The translations under genes and the position numbers were made by a program. Shown in pieces: positions 28,436 to 37,791 of a DNA stretch of 64,000 bases. Each line of letters starts with the position of its first letter. Position 1 is the stretch's first letter. This DNA is from an uncultured Spirochaetota bacterium (lineage in GTDB: Bacteria; Spirochaetota; UBA4802; UBA5550). The notes below the pieces were generated by a model. That model ran no database searches, was not told the DNA's origin, and worked only from the letters and a program-made list of their open reading frames with translations. The stretch is from positions 160,001 through 224,000 of the forward strand of contig CAWHAA010000002.1 in the NCBI GenBank assembly GCA_963827275.1, written 5' to 3'.

Positions 28436-29670
28436 AAGTATGTCTTTTGAGCTACCGGGGGAATCCCTACTGCGGCGGTCAGGGCATCTATGTCATGTAC
28501 ATCGCGCGGGAGCTGGTCAAGCTCGGCCATGAAGTGCATGTCCTCGCCGGTCCTCCCTATCCCTTCGACGAGGAAGGGGTCGTCATACACCGTGTGAGCA
28601 ACCATAACTATTTCAACAAGAAGACTGACTTCATAAAGCCGCACAAGCCGTTCGCGACGTTCCAGCCGCTGAATTTCTACGAGTTCGTCGCGGCCAAGCT
28701 CGGCATCTTCCCTGAAATAGAGACCTTCTCGGTGCGGGCCTTCGTGAAGCTCAAGGAGCTGATGAAGACGCACAAGTTCGACATCATCCACGACAACCAG
28801 TGCCTCGGGTACGGTTTTCTCCTGATACAGCGCCTCGGGGTGCCGTTCATATCGACGATTCACCATCCCCTCTCCATCGACCGGACGACATGGTTTGAAT
28901 ATCCCTCGGATTTCAATATCAAGATGCGCCGGATCCTCTATTACCCGCTCCTGATGCAGAAGTTCGTGGCCAACAGGATGTACCGGATCATAACCGTATC
29001 ACACGACTCCGCGCTCGAGATCAACAAGGCGTTCGGCGTTAACAGGAAGAAGATCAACGTCATATACAACGGCATGGACTCGAGCCTCTTCTACCCGGTC
29101 AAGGGCATCCAGAAGAAAAAGAACAGCATCATCTTCGTGGGGAACGTTGAGGACCGCAAGAAGGGGATCATCTATCTCCTGAAAGCGATGACCCTGACGA
29201 AGCACCGGGTGACCCTCACCATCGTCGATGGCGGGGCGCCCAACCGGAGCACGGTCCCGCACCTGATCGACAAGCTGGGACTGAACGACCGCGTCACCTT
29301 CACCGGCAAGATCCCGATCGACACGCTGATCCGCCTCTATTCGCGGCACGAGCTGGCGGTGCTCCCCTCGCTCTACGAGGGATTCGGGTTCCCCGCGGCG
29401 GAGGCGATGGCGTGCGAATTGCCGGTCCTGACGACGACCGCGGGCGCCCTTCCGGAGGTGGTGGGCGAGCACATGAAGACCGGGTACATGGTGCCGCCGC
29501 GCGAGGCGGGCATGATCGCCGAAGGGATCGATTTCCTGCTGGACAACCCGGAGCTCAGGAAGCAGATGGGAAAGGCGGCGCGGAAGCGCGTGCTCGAGAT
29601 ATTCACCTGGGAGAACGCCGCCAGGGAGCTGGTCACCATGTACGAAGAGGTGATCAATGCTCACCGTTGA
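28432..29670 (+). CDS. Glycosyltransferase family 4 (copy 2)
   Basis: YRGNPYCGGQGIY, HDNQCLG, TIHHPL, SLYEGFGFPAAEAMAC; overlaps the stop of copy 1. Confidence 0.93.
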   Translation: MKVCLLSYRGNPYCGGQGIYVMYIARELVKLGHEVHVLAGPPYPFDEEGVVIHRVSNHNYFNKKTDFIKPHKPFATFQPLNFYEFVAAKLGIFPEIETFSVRAFVKLKELMKTHKFDIIHDNQCLGYGFLLIQRLGVPFISTIHHPLSIDRTTWFEYPSDFNIKMRRILYYPLLMQKFVANRMYRIITVSHDSALEINKAFGVNRKKINVIYNGMDSSLFYPVKGIQKKKNSIIFVGNVEDRKKGIIYLLKAMTLTKHRVTLTIVDGGAPNRSTVPHLIDKLGLNDRVTFTGKIPIDTLIRLYSRHELAVLPSLYEGFGFPAAEAMACELPVLTTTAGALPEVVGEHMKTGYMVPPREAGMIAEGIDFLLDNPELRKQMGKAARKRVLEIFTWENAARELVTMYEEVINAHR

Positions 29671-30358
29671 TTTTGACCGGCTTGCGGTCAGAGAGGGCGA
29701 CATTGCGCTGGACGCCGGGTGCGGGTTCGGGCGCCATTCGCTCGAGTTCGTCTCCCGCGGCGCGGTCGTGTACAGCATGGACATGGACATGGAGAGCCTC
29801 CGGAAGACCAGGTTCGCGCTCACGGAGATGAAAAAGCACCTCAAGGGCCGTCCGGTGCGCTATTTCGTCAATTCCGGCGACGCCCTGAACCTTCCCTTCA
29901 AGGACGGGTCCTTTGACCGCATCATCTGCTCTGAAGTGATGGAGCATGTGGCGGACGATGACCGCGCGTGCCGGGAGCTGTCCCGCGTCCTGAAAAAAAA
30001 CGGAAGGATCGCGATCACCGTCCCCACGTTTTTCAGCGAACAGGTCTGCGACGCGCTGACATATGAATACTACGCCTCGCCCGGCGGCCATATCAGGCGG
30101 TATTTCCCCGGCCAGCTCGCGGACATGATGCGGCGAAACGGGCTCGAAGTATACGGCATCGGCTTCAAGCATTCCTTCCATACGATCTGGTGGATGATCC
30201 GGAGCGTCGTCGGCCTCCATCTGGGCGATCATCCCATAACAAAGGCATACCACAGGTTTCTCCACCTCGGGCTCTATTCGAAGTTCATGCGGAGAGCCGA
30301 ATCTTTTTTCGATTATTTTTTCCCGAAGAGCGTGGTCGTGTACGCCTGGAAAAAATAG
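29657..30358 (+). CDS. Class I SAM-dependent methyltransferase (type 11)
   Basis: LDAGCGFGRH, GDALNLPF.DGSFD, SEVMEH, GGHIRRY. Confidence 0.93.
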   Translation: MLTVDFDRLAVREGDIALDAGCGFGRHSLEFVSRGAVVYSMDMDMESLRKTRFALTEMKKHLKGRPVRYFVNSGDALNLPFKDGSFDRIICSEVMEHVADDDRACRELSRVLKKNGRIAITVPTFFSEQVCDALTYEYYASPGGHIRRYFPGQLADMMRRNGLEVYGIGFKHSFHTIWWMIRSVVGLHLGDHPITKAYHRFLHLGLYSKFMRRAESFFDYFFPKSVVVYAWKK

Positions 30359-30483
30359 CCGCTTCACGCGCACCGCTCGCACCCCCCGGGCGGCCTGGAT
30401 TATTAAAAATTACTTGCTATGTGCATCCGCGTAACGTAAGTCTGTCTTAAATTGTACCGTTTATACGCCCGTGAAGTGATCCG

Positions 30484-33115
30484 ATGAAACAATTAATAGT
30501 GATACTGTGCGCCTTCCTGCTCGCGGGGATCGGCGCCGGCGCAGCGACCTACCGTGGAAACAAGATAAACATGTTCGGCAACTCGCCCGAATCGCTGGGA
30601 AGGGGCGGAACGGGCGTGGCGTCATCCGGCGCCGAGCTGCTGTACCTGAACCCCGCCGCGATAGCCGATGCAGAGCGCATCGGCGCCGGGCTCCAGTTCG
30701 GCTCCCTGCCGCTGCCGACGCGGTTCTATGACGGCGGGCTCTCCCTTGCGGTGCCAAGCTCCTACGGGGTGTTCGGCGCTTCGTTCAGGTATATGAATTT
30801 TCCGGACCGCTTCGACTGGAAGGAAGGCTACAGCGTGAGCGTGGGCAACGCCCGCGACCTGACGAGGCGCCTTCTGCTCGGGTTTTCGCTGAGCTTCCTG
30901 TACGCGCACGACGCGGGCGACGTCGTATTACGCGGGCGGCAACATCGGGTTCATTTACAAGTTCCCGAGCACGGGAAACAGGTACGGCTTCTGCCTCCTT
31001 GACCCGAAGATAGGGCTCGCGCTGCATTTCGGGTACCCGTTCGGCACAAGCCCCCGCTATTCGGACATGAACGACGTGACCCTCGGGTATACGTTTAAAT
31101 TTTTCAGCATCCCTCATTTCAGCATCGCGTGGTACAATGACTTCACGGTCCTGAATTACCGTGAGTTCCCGGTGAAGTTCGGGCTCGAATCGGTGATATA
31201 CGATATCGTGGTGGTCAGGGGCGGGTTTGTGGTGCCGCACGCCTACAATGAGGGGACCTTCACCACGGGCATCGGCGTGCGGCTCAACACCGACAGCTTT
31301 ACGGGTTCGTTGAATTATTCGATAAATTTCTATCCGGGAATAACAATGACGCATTATCTCGGGGTGAATGTTGAAATCGGCAGGCTGGACCGCGAGCCGC
31401 CTGAGACCGCGATACGGCCCGACAAGGAGCAGATTTCCCCGAACCATGACGGCCTCAAGGACTACGTGCTGTTCCATCTCACCGTAAACGACTGGAGCAG
31501 GATCAAGGGATGGAAGCTCCAGGTCCTTGATGCCGGCGGCCAGATGGTCAAGGATTACTCGATATCCGAACGCGACCTTTCTGACCGGCTGACGGCGCAG
31601 GAATTTTTCAAACGTCTCTTTCAAAAACGCGAGTCGATGGTGGTGCCCGAAAAGGTAATCTGGGACGGGACGGACATGAAGGGGAAGAACGTGCCGGACG
31701 GCGTCTATTCATTTACGTTCAACGCATGGGACGCGCGCGACAACATAGCGGCATCTAAATCGGGGACCGTGGTAATCGATACCACGCCCCCCGAGATACT
31801 GCTGGACGGCAGCGAAGACCTTTTCTCGCCCAACGGCGACGGAAGGAAGGATGCATATGTGATCGGGCAGAGGATAAAATGCTCGCAGGACGATGAATGG
31901 ACCGCCGGATTCAGGGACCCGGCCGGGAACACCGTGAAAAAATTTAACTGGGCCGGCCCGGCGGTGCCACCCCGCGTGGTCTGGAACGGGAAGGATGATT
32001 CGGGAGCTGACGCGCCGGAAGGGCTTTACACTTATTTCATAACCTGCACCGACAAGGCAGGCAACAGCGCACACGCCGAGATCCGCGAGATCACCCTTAC
32101 CAGAAAATATGAAATCGCCGACATCACCCTCTCCGGTGAGTTCTTTTCATTCGCCCGGGACAAGTCCCTGAACCTGTTCCCGGCGCTCTCAAGCGCCTAC
32201 GGCCTCACCGAGTGGAAGGTGGTCATCCAGAACCAGAAGCTGAAAATCCTGAAAGAGATAACAGGCGCGGAACAGGTCCCGCGCATGATACCGTATGACT
32301 GCCTGGACAGCGACGGCTCGCGCCTTGCGGACGGAGTGTACTACGCGAGCCTCGCCGCCTCGTATAAAAGCGGCAATGCGCCCGAGTCATTTAAAAAAAT
32401 GTTCGTGATTGACAGCACTCCCCCCCGGCTCGCCGTTTCCCACTCCCCCGGGCTTTTTTCGCCCGACGGCGACCGCGAAAACGATATGCTGAAGATCCAG
32501 GCGAAGGTACGGGACGATACCGCCATACAGACCTGGCGGATAACGATATACGCTTCCTCGGGTGAGGTCTTCAAGACCTTTTCCGGCAAGGGTCCGGTCC
32601 CGGAGGAGATCATGTGGGACGGACTCGGGGACAATCTGGATATTGTCGAGTCCGCAGCGGATTATAAAATTGTCCTTGAAGCGACGGACGCGGCGGGCAA
32701 CAGCGGCAGCTCCGACCCTGACCGGCTCGAGGTGGACGTGCTCGTGCTGGTGACGGAGCGGGGACTGAAAATACGCATCAGCAACATCGAGTTCCCGTTC
32801 GGCACCGACGAGATCAAGTACCGCGGCCGGTTGATCCTTGACCGCGTGTTCCAGATACTTCAGAAATATGAAAACTATGATGTCCTCATAGAGGGCCATA
32901 CGGACGATATCGGCAAGGAGGAGTACAACCTCGAGCTGTCCGAGCGGCGGGCGAAAGCGGTCAATGATTTTCTTGCCGGCAGGGGAATACGGATCGACCG
33001 GCTGTCGTTTGTCGGGATGGGCGAGACGGTCCCCCTCTATCCGAACATCAATGATGAAAACAGGAGGCGCAACCGCAGGGTTGAATTCATGCTGATAAAA
33101 AAGGAACGGGAATGA
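30484..33115 (+). CDS. Exported multidomain protein: N-terminal beta-barrel-like region, FlgD-Ig-like repeats, C-terminal OmpA domain; +1 frameshift near 30918
   Basis: LGRGG..LYLNPA N-terminus; three (I/F)SP(N/D)xDG...WDG/WNG repeats; IEGHTD...NLELSERRA...NRRVEF; frames 30484 and 31067 join at GCGGGCGACGTCG. Confidence 0.85.
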
Positions 33116-33900
33116 TGCTTGTCGTCTTTACCGACCTTGACGGCACCCTCCTCGACCATGATACCTACAGCCATGCGCAGGCCGGGGAGGCGCTCGCGCT
33201 CCTGGGGGAAAAGGGTGTGCCGCTCGTCATGGTGTCGAGCAAGACCTTCCCCGAGATGAAGGCCCTTTACGACGAGCTGCGCCTCGCCGCCCCCTTTGTG
33301 TTTGAAAACGGCGGCGGCATCTACTGGCCGGAGGGCGGCGGCCGGACAGAGTCCCTGGGGATGAGCGTGCCGGAGCTTGCGGCGGGGAGGGACGCGCTCG
33401 AGGCGGCGTTCGGGGAGGCGGTCCTGTTCATCACCGACATGGACGCGGCGGAGATATCGCGCCGGACCGGCCTCCCGCGCGAGCGGGCGATCCTTTCCCG
33501 GAAGAGGACGGCATCGCTTCCCTTCGTCCTTTCTTCAGGGAAAGCGGTCGGGGCCGGGGAGCTCTCCCGCATCAACGATGCCGTGCGCCGGGACGGCTTC
33601 AGCGTGACCAGGGGAGGTAGGTTCTATCATTTTTCCTCCGCCGGCTCTGACAAGGGCGCCGCTATCGCGCGGGTGACCGGATATTACCGGGCGGCCTGCC
33701 CCGGCCCCGTTACCACTGTCGGCATAGGCGACAGTGAGAATGATCTCCCGATGCTCGGGGCGGTCGATATTCCCGTACTGGTGCGGAAGCGCGACGGGAC
33801 CGTGATTGCCCACGGGGATGCGCGGGTGATGGTGACGGCGGGGGCCGGGCCGGCCGGTTTCAACGAAGCAGTGGTACGGATACTAAGGGACGCGTCATGA
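33112..33900 (+). CDS. mpgP: Mannosyl/glucosyl-3-phosphoglycerate phosphatase-like HAD IIB hydrolase
   Basis: VFTDLDGTLLDH, SSKT, FENGG, GGRFYH, DKG, GDSENDLPML. Confidence 0.85.
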   Translation: MMLVVFTDLDGTLLDHDTYSHAQAGEALALLGEKGVPLVMVSSKTFPEMKALYDELRLAAPFVFENGGGIYWPEGGGRTESLGMSVPELAAGRDALEAAFGEAVLFITDMDAAEISRRTGLPRERAILSRKRTASLPFVLSSGKAVGAGELSRINDAVRRDGFSVTRGGRFYHFSSAGSDKGAAIARVTGYYRAACPGPVTTVGIGDSENDLPMLGAVDIPVLVRKRDGTVIAHGDARVMVTAGAGPAGFNEAVVRILRDAS

Positions 33901-33976
33901 GGACACCGCCAGACGCGTGCGGTGCGGCCGCCGGGCTCAAGCGGCGGACTATAACAGAGGAGAAACAGGGGCGACT

Positions 33977-34435
33977 ATGAAAATATTACTAAACCTGATA
34001 CTTGACCTGTTCACATGGCTGTTCGACCGGGCCAAGCTGCTGCTCACGATAATCTATGAAAAATTTTTAGAGATCAACGTCTTCGAGAAGGGGATCGTTG
34101 TCACCGTGGTGCTTGCCTTCGCCGCAGTGGTGGCGCCCATGGCGAAGTACATGATCTTCGACATGTATTTTTCGATCAATAATCCTGCGGCGCATTACAT
34201 GATCGGCATCGTCCTGCTGATGCTGGTCACCATATACTTCAGCGGCGTGGTTTCGCTTGGGCTGCGTATTGTATCAAACCTGTCATACCTGATATACATC
34301 ATTTACCTTCAGGCGGCGCATGAAATCAGCAAGGCGCCGTATGATCTCTCGTTCGGCTATTACCTTAACATCCTCTGCCCCGTGGTCTATATCCTGCTCG
34401 CGCTCGGGAGCGCCATGGCGGACCGGGGGAGATAG
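33977..34435 (+). CDS. Hypothetical membrane protein (about 4 TM)
   Basis: 152 aa hydrophobic ORF after a purine-rich RBS. Confidence 0.65.
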   Translation: MKILLNLILDLFTWLFDRAKLLLTIIYEKFLEINVFEKGIVVTVVLAFAAVVAPMAKYMIFDMYFSINNPAAHYMIGIVLLMLVTIYFSGVVSLGLRIVSNLSYLIYIIYLQAAHEISKAPYDLSFGYYLNILCPVVYILLALGSAMADRGR

Positions 34436-34500
34436 GCATGATCATGCCCGCTGTTCCCCGGCGGGGCGGTGGTGGTGAGTCGGCGGCAGGCGGAAGCGGC

Positions 34501-35478
34501 CTACTCTGAATAAAATATCTTCAGCAGCGGCAGGCGCTTTTTTACCTCCGGCGCGTTGAGCGGGTAAATTGAAAGGATTTTCTTTCCGCCCCTGGCGACG
34601 GCAATGGTGTAGGGCTGTTTCAACACGCGCGACAGGTGGTAAAAAGCGGCAAGCTCGGACAGGTCTTCCGCCCAGGAGAGGCTCCCGTAGAGTGAAACGA
34701 ACGGCGATCCGGAGAGTTCCGCATAGACGGCCGCCGCACTCGAAAGGTTCAGTTGCGGCGCGCTGAGGCCGTAAAACGCCACCTTCCCTGTGAACAGATA
34801 ACGGCGCTTTGGGACATCATAGTCATTCCATACGTTTCTGGTAAAATCGTTCCCGGCGGTTGTAATCCTGAAATGACGTTTATACTGGCGGTCGGTGTAG
34901 GGGGTGACCGGTTCGATATAATCAACCAGGTGGGTCGCTTCATGCAGGAGGATATACAGGAACCCGCTATATTTTGAGCCGCAGTCGATGGTGATTTCAT
35001 ACGACGGGTCATCGGGCCTGAAGCAGGTCCGCTCCTTTTCGGTAAGCAGCGCCGATATGCCCTTTCCCAGTACCGACGGGTTGAATACCATGACCGCGTA
35101 CACGCGGTCGTCCCGGTCAACGACCCATTCCGTAAGGCCGCTTCCCTTGAAATTCTTAATAAAATAGATGCCGATAAGCCTGCCCTTCATGAGCTTTCGG
35201 TGGCGCGGCGGCAGGTCGGACATGGCCTGCCGGATTGACGCCATCTCTCCCGGTCCGGGAAGATACGGTTCGTATTCGGGCGCGTTGTCCAGCTTTTTCA
35301 GATACTCCAGCAGAAACGGGGGGGGCGCGGCAACGCGCGCAGCAAGCAACGTGCCGGGGTTAAAGCCGTACGACTCGAGGACGCGGGACGACTCGCGGCG
35401 CACGCCGTCATCGCATCCGCAGAGACACACGGCCCCGATGGCAATGACAATCAGCTGTATGAGAACGGTCCTTTTCAT
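34501..35478 (-). CDS. Putative lipoprotein with zincin HExxH motif
   Basis: Lipobox CLCGC; YILLHEATHLVD; downstream SLYG...WAEDLSE. Confidence 0.7.
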   Translation of the reverse strand: MKRTVLIQLIVIAIGAVCLCGCDDGVRRESSRVLESYGFNPGTLLAARVAAPPPFLLEYLKKLDNAPEYEPYLPGPGEMASIRQAMSDLPPRHRKLMKGRLIGIYFIKNFKGSGLTEWVVDRDDRVYAVMVFNPSVLGKGISALLTEKERTCFRPDDPSYEITIDCGSKYSGFLYILLHEATHLVDYIEPVTPYTDRQYKRHFRITTAGNDFTRNVWNDYDVPKRRYLFTGKVAFYGLSAPQLNLSSAAAVYAELSGSPFVSLYGSLSWAEDLSELAAFYHLSRVLKQPYTIAVARGGKKILSIYPLNAPEVKKRLPLLKIFYSE

Positions 35479-35682
35479 GTTCCGGCTCCGGGGGTGATCG
35501 ATACATATTCACGAGAGACCGTGAAAAAAATGCGAGCGGATTTTTTGTAACAAGCGGTTTTTTTTGATGTACAGATAGTGAAATACAGCGGCCCTGGCCG
35601 GTCCGCCCGGCGCAGCGATGAGAATGAAATGCCTCGATTAAATTTTTGTAGACCGGTTTTTCGATCTGCGCTTCTATGACAC

Positions 35683-35691
35683 TGATATAAT
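35683..35691 (+). promoter_or_regulatory. Putative extended -10 promoter for htpG
   Basis: TGaTATAAT about 114 nt upstream of the htpG ATG. Confidence 0.4.
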
Positions 35692-35804
35692 GGTTGAAGT
35701 AAGATCTACGAACGCCGCAGCACGCGACACACGGGCCCTGCGATGGCGCATCTGACTCAAGACCGCCCGGCACGCGGCGAATACATTTCATACGGAGGTA
35801 TGCC

Positions 35805-37679
35805 ATGACAAAACACCAGTTCCAAACAGAAGTAAACCAGCTTCTGCACCTGATCATCCATTCACTCTATTCCCACAAGGAGATATTTCTGAGGGAGCTC
35901 GTGTCCAACGCCTCGGACGCCATGGACCGGCTCAAGTACCTGACCCTGACGGACGGGCAGTACAAGGGCGTGCAGTTCGATCCGCGGATCGACATATTTT
36001 TCGATGAGAAAAAAGGGCAGACCCTCACTATCGCCGACACGGGGATAGGGATGAACGAGAAAGACCTGGAAGAGAACCTGGGCACAATAGCCAAATCGGG
36101 GACCAGGGGCTTCGTCGAGCACCTGACCGGCGACGCGCGCAAGGATTCAAACCTGATCGGGCAGTTCGGGGTAGGATTTTACTCCTCCTTCATGGTCGCG
36201 GAGCGGGTCGATGTCATCACCAGGAAAGCGGGCGAGGAGAAAGCGTATAAATGGACGAGCGACGGCAAGGGCGAATACGAGATAGCGGAAGCGGAGCGCG
36301 ACACGCAGGGCACCACCGTGACCCTCTACCTGAACAAGGAGGGGCACGAGTACGCGAACCGGTGGCAGATCGAGACGGTCATCAAAAAATATTCGAACCA
36401 CATTCCCTTTCCCATATACCTGCATTACGAGGGCACGCGCTTCGAGGGGGAGGGAGAGAACAAGAAAGAGATAAAGGAGCCGAAATCGGAGCAGATCAAC
36501 GCCGCGTCGGCGCTCTGGAAGAGGCCCCGGACGGAGCTCAAGGACGAGGATTACAACGAGTTCTACAAGTCGATTTCGCACGACATGGAGGAGCCGCTGC
36601 TCAGGATCCACACCCACGCGGAAGGCAAGATGGATTACACCACCCTCTTCTTTGTCCCGGGCCGCGCGCCCTTCGACCTGTTCCGCGCCGATTACCAGCC
36701 GGGGATCAAGCTGTACGTAAAGCGCGTCTTCATCACCGATGACGACAGGGAGCTGATGCCGGTGTATCTCAGGTTCGTGCGCGGCGTCATCGATTCAGAG
36801 GACCTGCCCCTGAACGTGAGCAGGGAGATACTCCAGCAGAACCGGGTCCTGGCGAAGATAAAGTCCTCATCGGTCAAGCGGATACTGGATGAGCTGGTCA
36901 AGCTCCAGAAGAATGAGCGGGAAAAGTACAACCAGTTCTATAAGGAGTTCGGCATCCCCGTGAAGGAGGGCCTCTACCAGGACACGGAAAACCGCGAGAA
37001 GCTCCAGGACCTCGTGATGTACAAGTCCACGTCAGTTGACGGCTACACGACCCTGGCCGAGTACAAGGATAGAATGAAGCCTGACCAGGACGCGATATAT
37101 TACATCACCGGGACCAAAGAGGACAACCTGCGCAATTCGCCGCTCCTGGAGATGTACAAGAACAGGGAGATCGAGGTGCTGGTGATGGACGACGAGATCG
37201 ACGATATCGTCATCTCCATGGTGCCCCAGTACAGGGACACGCCCCTGAAGTCAGTGAACCGGAGCGACGCGGCCGAGAGCCTCAAGACCGACGAGGACAA
37301 GCAGAAGGAAAAGGACATCGAACCGCTGATCGCAAAGATCAGGGAGGCGCTCGGCGACCTGGTGAAGGACGTGAAGGCGAGCACGCGCCTCTCGGATTCC
37401 CCCTCCTGCATCGTGGCGGACGAGAACGACCCGACCATCCAGATGCAGCACCTGTTCAAGGCGATGGGCCAGAAGAACGTGCCCGACTTCAAGCCGATCC
37501 TCGAGATCAACCCCGGGCACGAGATCATCAAAAAGCTGGAGACGAGCGATGACGCCGCGGTGATTGCGGACATCAGCCACCTGCTGCTCGAGCAGGCCAT
37601 GCTGATCGAGGGCGTGGAGCTGAAGAGCCCGGGCGAGTTCGTGAAGCGGCTGAACCGGGTCATGGGGAAGGCGCTGTAG
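35805..37679 (+). CDS. htpG: Molecular chaperone HtpG (Hsp90)
   Basis: FQTEV..LLHLIIHSLYSHKEIFLRELVSNASDA, GTIAKSGT, IGQFGVGFYS, DSEDLPLNVSRE, LEINP.H. Confidence 0.98.
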   Translation: MTKHQFQTEVNQLLHLIIHSLYSHKEIFLRELVSNASDAMDRLKYLTLTDGQYKGVQFDPRIDIFFDEKKGQTLTIADTGIGMNEKDLEENLGTIAKSGTRGFVEHLTGDARKDSNLIGQFGVGFYSSFMVAERVDVITRKAGEEKAYKWTSDGKGEYEIAEAERDTQGTTVTLYLNKEGHEYANRWQIETVIKKYSNHIPFPIYLHYEGTRFEGEGENKKEIKEPKSEQINAASALWKRPRTELKDEDYNEFYKSISHDMEEPLLRIHTHAEGKMDYTTLFFVPGRAPFDLFRADYQPGIKLYVKRVFITDDDRELMPVYLRFVRGVIDSEDLPLNVSREILQQNRVLAKIKSSSVKRILDELVKLQKNEREKYNQFYKEFGIPVKEGLYQDTENREKLQDLVMYKSTSVDGYTTLAEYKDRMKPDQDAIYYITGTKEDNLRNSPLLEMYKNREIEVLVMDDEIDDIVISMVPQYRDTPLKSVNRSDAAESLKTDEDKQKEKDIEPLIAKIREALGDLVKDVKASTRLSDSPSCIVADENDPTIQMQHLFKAMGQKNVPDFKPILEINPGHEIIKKLETSDDAAVIADISHLLLEQAMLIEGVELKSPGEFVKRLNRVMGKAL

Positions 37680-37742
37680 GGTGCGCCTCCCGGACCCCCG
37701 GAGGCGGGCCTGCAGGAAAATTGTGTTGCAGGGATGAGATAA

Positions 37743-37772
37743 AAAAAGAGCGGCCATCTGGCCGCTCTTTTT
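37743..37772. terminator. Bidirectional intrinsic terminator between htpG and the convergent porin gene
   Basis: AAAAAGAGCGGCC-ATCT-GGCCGCTCTTTTT. Confidence 0.88.
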
Positions 37773-37791
37773 GTGTTCGTTCACATTAAAG

